Shown one piece after another: positions 1-9,409 of a stretch of DNA of 64,000 nucleotides (its first letter is position 1; every line of letters begins with the position of its first letter). Source of the stretch: Mobula birostris (Eukaryota); contig NC_092379.1 of NCBI RefSeq assembly GCF_030028105.1, positions 19,817,309-19,881,308 on the forward strand. The letters are read 5' to 3'. Under the pieces are notes generated by a model, which made no database searches, was not told the origin of the DNA, and saw only the letters and a list, made by a program, of their open reading frames with translations. The position numbers and the translations under genes are program-made.

Positions 1-220
1 TGAAGGAATGAGGGTGTATCTAGTATGGGAATTAGAAAAAATGGGAGAATAAAGGAGCGGGGTGGAAACTGCTGGAAGTTGCAGAAATAAGTATTCATGC
101 CATCAGGTTGGCAGGTATCTGGATGGAATATGAGGTCCTGACTTTGGCCTCACCCTGGCAGTAGAGAAGGAAATGGACAGACATATCAGAATGGGAATGG
201 GAAGTCAAATTGAAATGTGG
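1..220 (-). mobile_element. Penelope-like retroelement fragment (GIY-YIG region), degenerate
   Basis: Resembles the reverse complement of the Penelope GIY-YIG segment at 23500-23810 (gaatgggaatgggaagt...aattgaaatg; gaataagt...ttcatgccatcagg). Confidence 0.45.
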
Positions 221-351
221 AGAGGAGAGATAGTCATTTTAAATAACATATTTTCATCACTGTCTGTTAAACCTGTATCCCAATGGATACCAGAGACAGG
301 TCAAGAATCCAGTAAATGGGTTGTAAAAGAATTCATTGATGAATTGTATTC

Positions 352-357
352 TTTATT
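352..357 (-). terminator. Candidate polyadenylation signal AATAAA for the short secreted IgW transcript
   Basis: Plus-strand tttatt at 352-357 reads AATAAA on the minus strand, ~290 nt past the stop at 644. Position is plausible but use is not shown. Confidence 0.4.
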
Positions 358-643
358 TCACACTTTCCTGCTGAACAATGATACTGTTGGGTAGAACCAT
401 CGGAAAATGTTGCATTGAGATTACTCTGGTAAAAGAACATTGGCACAGGCTCCAAAAAACAGCTGAGACAGCTTCCACCTGGAAATGGAAGATTCATAGA
501 TCTGTACATAACATCCTATTGGGATGGGGTTGTGTCAGCCATGATAAATGCATGTTGTCCCTGAACCTGGCTGAGGATCTGAGGACACAAGGTCACAACA
601 TTCACTCGAGGATTGGGCATTAATTCAAAAATAATCAAGGTAC

Positions 644-711
644 CTACATTTCAGTGAGTGGACAATCGACAAGAGAGTCTGTCAGGAAACACTGGAAACA
701 GACTCTGGAGA
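644..711 (-). CDS. Candidate alternative terminal (secretory tail) exon: (V)SRVCFQCFLTDSLVDCPLTEM*
   Basis: Good acceptor tattttgtatttgcttcag| in the phase-1 frame required by the CH2 donor. Encodes 22 aa with 3 Cys (CxxC) to TAG at 644-646. Could be a chance open frame. Confidence 0.4.
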
Positions 712-897
712 CTGAAGCAAATACAAAATATGCAGAGATATTTTTTGAGGAACTAACACTAGGCAGACAGTGAAAAGGGAACAGGGAGATTTTCTCCAGA
801 TGGTAAAGCATGGGATGTGAGCTTTGCACAGTAACTTATTTTCATTATAACTACAAACAAAGACAACTAAAATTATTGAGACAGAATGGTCAGGTGA

Positions 898-1017
898 CCT
901 GATCTTACACCTTTCCTGCTCAGTAGATGGGGTTAAAGCTGCTGGTGATATGAGTTGATTCAAAGTGCAAAGATCAGCTGTACGTCACTCAACAAGATTG
1001 ACAGTAGGGACAGGAAT
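898..1017 (-). pseudogene. Degenerate Cys-rich IgW short-form secretory tail exon
   Basis: The phase-1 frame gives (D)SCPYCQSC* (CxxCxxC; TGA at 989-991), then two more stops and *AGK[+1]CKIR at 898-922. The expected acceptor reads tctcccacAA rather than cag (1018-1020), after a 67-nt intron. Confidence 0.55.
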
Positions 1018-1084
1018 TTGTGGGAGATTCAGTTAATTAGTTTAGTACTGTAAGATAATAAATTTTTCTTCAGCCATCACTCAC

Positions 1085-1384
1085 CCTCTTGATACATCAT
1101 GTTGACCTGACCACTGAAACCGGAAGGTGTGTGATTCACTTCACAAGTATATTTCAGTTTCTTGGTCCATTCCTGCACAGGCACTGTCAGGTAAGCGATT
1201 GTTTCAAATGTACCACCAGATCTCGGAGTGGAAGGGAGAATGATGCCTTTTTGGGCAGATCCAGCTTTTTTCCAGGATACTTTAATGTTGTCAGGAGAGA
1301 ATCCAGATATCACACAGCCCAGGACAGCATTTGCTTGACTGTGGATTGCCTCCCGGGATGGAACAATGGAGCTGAGCTTCGGAG
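1085..1384 (-). CDS. IgW: IgW heavy chain constant exon CH2
   Basis: 300-nt exon with acceptor tgtgttacag| and donor G|gtgagt. Translates (P)PKLSSIVPSREAIHSQANAVLGCVISGFSPDNIKVSWKKAGSAQKGIILPSTPRSGGTFETIAYLTVPVQEWTKKLKYTCEVNHTPSGFSGQVNMMYQE, an Ig C1-set domain with C-W-C. Confidence 0.93.
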
Positions 1385-2249
1385 CTGTAACACATTTAAT
1401 ATCTGTCAGTACATGATTGTTTTGCCCAAGTTTTGGACTTCATTCCCCCTCATCCCGGGCAAGTTCCCCAATTCCAGCCCTCTCAAGAATGTTGTTAATT
1501 TACAGCTGATCTGATGATCTGACAGCTCACACCAGTGAGTGGGGGGGCTGGGTGTATAACTTGGGCCTCCCAGCATTGTGTCCCACTGTGCTATGATAAT
1601 GCGGAGAGGTGGGTCATGGGGTTGAGGTGCAGACCTGCCATGATCTAATTGTTTAATGGAGAATGACTGATACCAGCTCCTGTGAGCAGGAGTACATGGT
1701 GTGGGACTGTTTCCACTGACAAGTTTGGGAAACACAATTTTACTTTCAATGAGAAAGAAGAACAGATGGACAGGAAGAAATTATTTTGTTGTAACGGCAA
1801 AGGCTTGTTCAGATCTGTGAGAAAGTTGTTAAACAAGGGCAGTAGAGTGGATTCCTTCATCACATTCACAAGGGATTGTTTTTACCAGAAGAGGGGGAAG
1901 CTGCAGGAGGAGTGGGGTAGTAAAGTTTAAATTGTTGTTCTGTGTGCAGGGGCATGATGGGCCAGCGGTCTCTGTATGTGTACAGGAGCTGATCTATAGG
2001 GAGGGTTTAGTGGGAGGGGGTGGTGGAGAGGCTCCTGAAATTAGACAGTGGAGCGGATACAATGGAGGCAGATCCTGATACTGAGTTTCACTGCCCATAT
2101 TGACTTTTATACATTTTCTCACTGCTGTTGTAAGAGCAGAATAAAGGAGTTAGTTGCCATGCTCCTGCATTATCTGACAAAGCTTCCTACTCCAGATTTA
2201 TGCTCTGACATCAGTGCAGCTTTCGATATAAATTAGTTCTGATACTAAC

Positions 2250-2549
2250 GTTGAGGTTGAGGTTTCTGCCACTGCGATGTCACACTCCCTGCCTTGCAGG
2301 AGTAGACTTTATTCTTCTTCCAGTCTGCCGCAGAGATTTCGAGCAAGCTGCTCATCGTGTACTTTGAATTTTTCCCCAACACTGCTGGGTATTTCTTGAT
2401 TCCAGTGGTGATGACCCCACTGTTAGTGGACCATGTCTGACTGATGCTCTCAGGCTGATAGTCCTTGACCAGACAGAGGAGGCTGATCTTTTGGTCAGAT
2501 TCTGTGTTGCAGGAAGGAGTGATGTAGACTGATGGTGCGGACTTGACCT
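2250..2549 (-). CDS. IgW: IgW heavy chain constant exon CH1
   Basis: 300-nt exon with acceptor ctttccatttcag| and donor C|gttagt. Translates (E)[99 protein letters not shown]. The extra N-terminal Cys (PSC) is the usual light-chain-bonding position of a CH1. Confidence 0.93.
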
Positions 2550-5500
2550 CTGAAATGGAAAGAAATTCACAGATGGTTCTCTGAATAAATGCATTACTGG
2601 TAGAGAAAGGAGATGTTATATAAAGCAGTAATTTTCAAAATTATTCACCCGATTGTACAAAGCCGATATCACTTTTAACACTCAGCTGTGAGTCTGTGTC
2701 GCTGAGGTAGGAGGGTGTGGATCAATCCCACAGTGGCAACTTGGACTCACAATCCAGGCCAACACTTCAGTGCAGGACTGAGGCAGTGACCCAATGTCCA
2801 ATTGGTCGGATTTCAGTCAAAATACCAAAGTGACAATCTGTCTCTCATCCAAATACAATTCCTGATTCTGAGAAGTCTGTTAGCACTTGATCAATGAAGT
2901 TTACAAAAAAAGTAAGATTTAGAAGTATCTTATGGAATAATTCTGATGTGCTCAGTGTTGCTGTTGATGAGAGGAGTGATTGGTGTGGATATAGTGGTAC
3001 CCAGTCTCCAGCACCATGTGTGCAATATAGTGGAGGTTGGGAAATGGACTCTGCTTCCGAAATTCAACTCAACAGACTACATGATGCAGCTGACGCTGCC
3101 TCACATATTTACCGTGTGTGACTGAGCAAGAATTACAACCCCACTGAGTCTGTGGAAACTTCTGGCTAACCGGGAGACAATGGTAACTTGCATCAGAAAG
3201 GACAGAGGAACTGTGGAAATACATTAGCCCAGACTCTGTGGAGAAGTGTTGGCCAACACAACCGACAGTGACTATGAGATTCCTGGGCAGATGCAGAAAT
3301 CTCAAAATGTCATTAGATGTAGGTGATATTCTCAGTGAAAAACCAGCCCAGAGAGTCCAGTGAGGAAATGCAGGTTGTGGCAATTCCCAAACACTTAACA
3401 TGCAAAATACACTTGAAAGCACTGGTTCCTAATTCATTTCACTAGAAAAGGAGAAGTGTTGACTTACCACGGTAAGTAAAAGTGTGAAGATCAATTAACT
3501 AATTGACTAATTGACAGCTTTGAGAGGTGGATATGTTGAGGGGATGTGGTTTGACCAGTTGTCAGAATTACCTTGAACAGTGTTGTGTCATGATTGACAC
3601 TGTCAATGACAGATTGTTACTGGTGGATGAGGTTAAAATCACCCAAAAAGACTGTGTGGACACAGCAGAACATGCAGGAACTCTGGGAGTAGGAGACTAG
3701 TGGGAGAGTATGTGTCAGACAGTGTGAATTGCAGTAGATGAGGGCTTTGTTATCCAACAGTAAGATGGTCAACAGACACACACACAGGTTTCAGATTGAT
3801 TCTGGTATCCGCAGGGCAGCAAACTCAACATTTGGAGTGGAAGTGGAGTGGTGGGAAGGTCACAATTTCAATCAGGAGCAAAATAATGAAATTTTCACCT
3901 CACAGTCATCACTCTGGGATGAAGGGCATAAAATATTGAAATCTGGGTTTCAAACAGAATAAATATAAATCAATAAATATAACAAGTAAATAGGAATCGA
4001 TATAATGTAACTGGTCAGTAATAACAGCTGCATTGTTTCGAACCATTTCCAGGTGACACTGGGGACTGTGAACTCAGAACATTTGCCTTCCTGAGCAAAC
4101 ACAGGTGATTCAGGTTGACAGGACAGGCAGAGCAGAGAAATGGTCCCTTTCTCATTCCTTTCAGACTGAGCCTGAAACAACCAGTGAAATGCTGACAACA
4201 GAATCCCCATCGGGGACACAACTTCTGTCAAACAGTGGGGCAAGCTGACCTGAACTGTGGGTGAAGTGTCACAGGAGAGAAAGCACAGGGCACGGTGCCA
4301 ACTGGCCCATGTCCACACAGACCGGGCTGAATGGTGCTGGTTCAAACCCGCTGGGACTCTCCCCACACTCCTACACAGGGAAAGCTGCAACCTTACTGGG
4401 CCTCTGGATTCTGAAGACTTGGGGTGAGATGTATCGAGGCCTCAGCATCAAGTAGCCTCAGACACAAAGTAAACCTGGGGTGGAGGCTGTCTTGTGTCAA
4501 AGCTGTCATGTAATTAACAGGTTTTAAACGTCTTGGAGACATTGAGGTAAATTTCTGTAGAACAGATAATTTCTTTTGTTTAAAATAATAAATCTATATG
4601 ACATTTAAAGCACAGAAATAACTCGTAACTAATTACTTTCCCGACACACCCAGCTGAGAATCCTCAGTTATTTGAATGGGAGCTGTGATCTTTGCCAGGT
4701 CCGGCCTGTGAGGGAATTGTTGAGGTGGATTTCCCAGTGTTACCCTGGGGAGTCCAACAGGGTCTAGTACCATGTGTTAGAGTGTGGTAACAGCTCTGGA
4801 GGTATCCATCACTCAGTAAATCCTGGGGTACAGTGGTCTGTGGAACTGTGAGACTGACTCCAGGGTACGTGGCTGAACACTGGTGTTTCCCTTTGGAATT
4901 GCCAGCCACAGCCAGCACCATTTCACCCACACTATCCTCAGCCTCCCAGGTACACAGCAGCTCAGGAACGGGCTGGTCAGCTGAGGTCTGAGGACCCTCA
5001 TTGCTCTTTATCGACGTTAATCCCTGAAAACAACGGAATTGCTAGATCAAAGACCTGGGACCATTTGGACGACCTACAACCAAATAGTGTCTGTCTATTC
5101 ATCAACTGCACAATCAGGATTCAGATGAGGAGTTCCCAGTGGTGGGGAGCTTTAGGAATTGTAGGCTAAAAGTGACCATTCCCTTCCAACATCAACCAGA
5201 CTAGATTGTCATGTTGTAGTTCAGTTTGTGGGAACAAGATGCAGACAAGTTGGATGTTTAGTCCCGCATATGAAGTGACACACTGCAGAAGTACTTGCTG
5301 GGTTCAGAAAGGCTCTGGGATGTTCTGGGGTTACAGAAGTCAAAGAAAAACACTTGTTTTCATCAAATTAAATTCAGTAAAATAAAACCTGAAACAGCGT
5401 AGTTGCCAGAAATCAGACTGACAGGGTCTGGTGAAAGGTCACTGATGTGAAACATTAACTCTGTTTCTCACCCACAGATGTTCCCTGAGCTGCTCAGTGT

Positions 5501-5646
5501 CGGCAGTGCAGGAGGCACAATAATGTCAGTCGGTGAGATTTGCAGCTGAGGATCTTTTACATCCCAGGACCAGCAGGTGTTAAGTACAGTTCTGTCTGGA
5601 TCAGTGTACCTCTGGGTCTTCATAAAAACACCCATCAAACTGACAG

Positions 5647-5852
5647 CAGGGTGCTGGGGTGAAGAGGGTAACTGGATCTGGGCGGGTCACAGGGTGCTGG
5701 GGTGAAGAGGGGAACTGGATCTGGGTGGGTCACAGGGTGCTGGGGTGAAAAGGGGAACTGGATCTGGGTGGGTCACAGGGTGCTGGGGTGAAGAGGGGAA
5801 CTGGATCTGTGTGGGTCACAGGGTGCTGGGGTGAAGAGAGGAACTGGATCTG
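5647..5852 (+). repeat. 43-bp G-rich minisatellite, ~4.8 copies, in the J-CH1 intron
   Basis: Unit CAGGGTGCTGGGGTGAAGAGGGGAACTGGATCTGGGTGGGTCA starts at 5647, 5690, 5733, 5776 and 5819 (last copy partial). Confidence 0.95.
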
Positions 5853-6408
5853 GCTGGATCAGCTCTGAAGAAATTTGCAATGAAATGACACGGGTATTTG
5901 TATAAAATGATTGATGTTGAATCAGTAGATTGGGGGATACTCGGTCTGATTTTAGTCTGTATTGTAGTAAGTGGATACAACATCGGGTAGTATGAACAAC
6001 AGATGGGCAATTTTATTCATTCTTCTTTTGGGTCTGGGCTTTGCTGGTAAAGTCTGAATGAATTACACGTCTGAGCTCCTATCCAGAGGCATTTGGAGAC
6101 AAACACATTGATGGGTCAGGAGTCAAATAGGCTCAAAGTGTAAGGATGAGAGATCTCCTTCCCTGAGGGACATCAGTAAAACTGAAGGGTCATCATTACT
6201 AATGACTGGATTTAAAAACAATACCAATTATTAAAATGTTGGAAATCTCACCACAGATCCAAATCTGTTGCAGATTATTATGAATTGAGTTTAAATTTTT
6301 CGGTTTTGTTGTGGTGGTATCCGTGGACTGTTCATCCATCCCTCTGCACTACTCATCTGCTTTGATGTACTGCCCTGTTTCCCATCACTCCGAATCCAAC
6401 CTTGTGCC

Positions 6409-6445
6409 TGTCCATTGGATCACTGTGTCCACAGTGTCCTGGACA
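6409..6445. other. Imperfect palindrome centred on two back-to-back perfect RSS heptamers
   Basis: tgtcca-ttggat-CACTGTG(6421-6427)-tc-CACAGTG(6430-6436)-tcc-tggaca. No nonamer at 12, 22 or 23 bp on either side. Confidence 0.85.
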
Positions 6446-6494
6446 ATATTTCTCCTTCAATGACATCACCAGAACAGACTGTCTGATGGTTCTC

Positions 6495-6640
6495 ACCTTG
6501 CAGTTTGTGGATTCTGCTGTGTGCAGAGTGGCTCCACATTCCTGACTCTACAACAGGACTGTATTTTGAAACTACTTCATTGCCTGTGAAGAGCTCGGGG
6601 ACACCATGAAAGCTGCTCTGTAAATGTCAGCACTTTATCT
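6495..6640 (+). mobile_element. Deu-domain SINE 3' fragment (SacSINE/AmnSINE-like)
   Basis: tgctgtgtgcagagtggct...tacaacaggactgtattttgaaactacttcattgcctgtgaagagc...atgaaagctgctctgtaaatg matches the recognisable DeuSINE core and tail. Confidence 0.6.
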
Positions 6641-8116
6641 CACAACCACTTTTACTGAATCACCAGCAACACTGGTTAATGTAGGAAAGCACTTGTTAAA
6701 CAAACCCAGTCGGAGGATGGAGGAGGACAAGAAATTAGATGAGTTGCTCTGTCTGTGAACTGAGAATAAGCAGTTCATTTGAACAGTAAAGTTCAACTCG
6801 TGTCCCGTGAGTGTGTGATGGGACAGGTTGGGGGAAGCTTCACTCTGTGTCTAACCTCCGCTGCCCCTGCCCTGGGAGGGATGGAACAGTGCAGAAGGAT
6901 ATTTGTGTCTAATCCATGGCTGCCAGCACACGACATGGGATCTGTAATCTGCATCTAACTCATGCTCTGTGTACTCTGGGGTGCTTGATGGAATCCCTTT
7001 GAGGAAAAAATTCCCAGATTTACAAGATAAATACTGAATCCATTGAATGACAGAGCAGAGAGTGAGGCCATTCATCCGATAGTGTCTGTGCTTCCCTTTA
7101 GCTGAGCAAACCCAATAAACCCATTGGTCTCTCTGCTCTTCCCTGTATCCTGACAAAAGGCGGATCTCCTCCTGTTCCCTCTCTACACTCACTATTGGCC
7201 ACCACCATCATTCAGGCAGTGTGTTCCAGATCACAAACGTTCATCAACAAACCTTCCCTTAAATGCTCCCCTATTACACATTATTGACTTGAACGCTTCC
7301 CTCCCCACCCCACCTGCACCACTCCCCACTCCCCCACCCACCAATGCAAGGCTGCCCGGAATGTGTGAAGGAATTGTGATTTCAATTCCCTGCCTTACCT
7401 TTCCTGCACCAATTCCTCACTGCCTTCCCAACTCCAAAATTCTTCCCCTCCTCATCCATCAGGGAATAAAACTGAAACATTAATCCCATCAATTAATCCT
7501 GGGTTATCGCCGATACTTTTGCTGTATCCCAGGACGGACCTCACGCCGGACCTCACGCCGGACATTACATGATGGGACTGACACCCACCTGTACCCTGGG
7601 GATATTGAGCCATCAACCAGATCATACATGTGTACACCATTCCCTCAGATTATGTCTGAATCCCATTACCTTCAACATGAAAGCAGCCGACAGTAAAACC
7701 CAATCCCAATAACTTGACACTGAACAGATCCATTGTTGTCACTGACAGGGAACAAGTTCAACTGCACTGAAACGCTCAGCCCCTGAACGTGGCTTCAGTC
7801 GGTGCTGAGGATCAGAAGCCAGACTTGAACCAAACACTGAGCTCACTCAGCACAATCGGCCGGTGTCAAGGCACAGTCTGGTGACAAGATCCGACCCCAT
7901 TCCCCTGAGCCTGTTCCCGGTCTGTGGACAGTTCACTGGTGGGTGGGGTATGTACCCTTGTACTGTTACTGGGCTCTAGAGAAACCCGCCGGTTCGGGGA
8001 GATTCATGTACTTGCTCTAAATATCTCACTGATTTCAGATGAATCATCGAATTCGCCAAAACCGTAAATAAATAAAATACTAGCGCGTGAAGATACGATT
8101 GAGAAGTTGGTCTTAC

Positions 8117-8164
8117 CTGAAGTCACTGTCAGCGAGGTTCCTCCGCCCCAGTAGGCAAGATAGT
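8117..8164 (-). CDS. IgH joining (J) segment: (D)YLAYWGGGTSLTVTS
   Basis: 48 nt with a WGxG motif, donor TCAG|gtaaga, phase 1 matching CH1, and an adjacent perfect heptamer. Confidence 0.95.
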
Positions 8165-8203
8165 CACAGTGCTCCGTCTCCCCATTCACCCAGTGCAGTA
8201 ATT
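8165..8203 (-). other. J recombination signal sequence, 23-bp spacer
   Basis: Perfect heptamer (plus strand CACAGTG 8165-8171), 23-bp spacer, and a weak nonamer GCAGTAATT at 8195-8203 (4/9 to ACAAAAACC). Confidence 0.8.
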
Positions 8204-8536
8204 TCACTTGCCCGTCACATCCAATAATCTCAGCAAAATGTCAACATGATCCCTGTCCGGACCGGGAGCAGCCGCTTCCTGGATTTCCATCCCAAACTCC
8301 GTCCTTGCCTCTTGTTGGTGTGTGAATAAAGGCATTTTTTACAATTTTCCCGTCAGTGGACGACGGCTCCCGCCATCTCCCGGAATCAGAGTCGAATCCT
8401 TTTGGGCTTTTAATTGTCCAGAAATGGGCATTTGCGCCCAGCAGTCCGAGTGAGGCTTCAGGGATTTGACTCTGGGAAGCAGCAATGCGGAATCCGTGGA
8501 GACAGACTGCGCGCCAGACGCTCCTTTGTCGGGACC

Positions 8537-8564
8537 AGTTTCTGTTCAGCTCCCCATCAGCGTG
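8537..8564 (-). other. 12-bp-spacer RSS immediately 3' of the V(D) coding end
   Basis: Minus strand CACGCTG (8564-8558), ATGGGGAGCTGA (exactly 12 nt), ACAGAAACT (8545-8537; 7/9 consensus). Confidence 0.9.
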
Positions 8565-8868
8565 GTCCCATGTCCCGCACAGTAATAGGTGGCCGTGTCG
8601 TCCAGTCTCAGGTTGTTCATTTGCAGATAGACGGTGCTGCTGCCCTTGAAAACTTCGAATCGGCTCTGGACTCCAGTCGCGTAGTTTTTGCTACCACCAC
8701 CCCATACAACGGCCAGCCACTCCAGCCCTTTCCCGGAGACCTGTTTCACCCAGTGGATGCCATAGCTGCTCATATCGAACCCACTGACCGCACAGGTCAG
8801 TCTGTGGGACTGTCCGGGCTTTACCACCGCTGACTCGGGCTGTGTCAGCACGACGGCGGACCGCACGC
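8565..8868 (-). CDS. IgW VH exon with fused D-like bases (V-D(D))
   Basis: Acceptor ttttattgacag|. Translates (G)VRS-AVVLTQPESAVVKPGQSHRLTCAVSGFDMSSYGIHWVKQVSGKGLEWLAVVWGGGSKNYATGVQSRFEVFKGSSTVYLQMNNLRLDDTATYYCAGHG; all canonical V residues present and the frame is open. Confidence 0.95.
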
Positions 8869-8976
8869 CTGTCAATAAAAAAGAGCAGAAATTAATAAAA
8901 TGTTCCACCGTCAGGGGTTCACAAAGCCTCCGAGAACAGCCGGTCCAGGTTGGGCGACAAACCGCGGGACACCCAC

Positions 8977-9022
8977 CTGCCAGACAAGACAGGAGGAGAC
9001 AGAGATAAGGAACGACCCCCAT
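8977..9022 (-). CDS. IgW leader exon MGVVPYLCLLLSCLA(G)
   Basis: ATG at 9022-9020, hydrophobic signal peptide, donor GCAG|gtgggt, and a 108-nt intron to V. Confidence 0.92.
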
Positions 9023-9409
9023 CGCCCTGAACACTGAGCCGGACTTGGACACTTTTGAGATCGGCAGCTTCAGCTCAGGCCGGCTTTGTCCGGAGCCGCA
9101 GTGAGCGCTGTTTGATAGGGACGTGGGCTGTGAGTGAGAGAGGGAGACGCGGTTTGAACAGGCTCTCACACACTGAAAGCAGAGGCGCAGCTTCCTGTCC
9201 CCACCCACAGCAGCGATTTCAATTCCCCTAAAAATGTTTGTCCCTGCAATAGGCGGCAGGTCAGCGGCGGTGACCAGATCCGGATTAAAGATCTGTCACA
9301 CTCTGCTCGATTCATCAATTTCAGCGATGAACAGTTTGTGTAAACTGAAACACACAGAATCCCAGCGAGAGAGAGAGAGATTGAGACACAAGCTCCCGGT
9401 CTGGACATA

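Larger units (their letters stand above)
8160..9360. promoter_or_regulatory. CpG-island-like domain covering the V promoter, leader, V, both RSSs and J
   Basis: Hand count of ~65 CpG in 1.2 kb, against strong CpG depletion in the C-exon region and the J-C intron. Confidence 0.7.

Noticed and set aside
1584-1590. Isolated heptamer CACTGTG (also CACAGTG at 2729-2735 and others)
   Set aside because: No nonamer at 12 or 22/23 bp; expected by chance, and the 2729 copy lies in SINE-like sequence.
3100-3150. J-like minus-strand stretch QWGCNSCSVTHG followed by G|gtaaat
   Set aside because: No WGxG motif and no heptamer or nonamer upstream; treated as chance.
3950-5001. ORFs of 146, 88 and 62 aa in the J-C intron as a possible pseudo-V or extra C exon
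   Set aside because: No Ig-fold Cys/Trp pattern in the frames I translated, and no RSS.
5647-5852. CRISPR-like array interpretation of this and the 17481-17880 repeats
   Set aside because: Head-to-tail repeats without unique spacers in vertebrate DNA; these are minisatellites.
8546-9208. 220-aa ORF as a single-exon protein
   Set aside because: It is leader + intron + V read through an open intron and past the RSS; the real structure is spliced.
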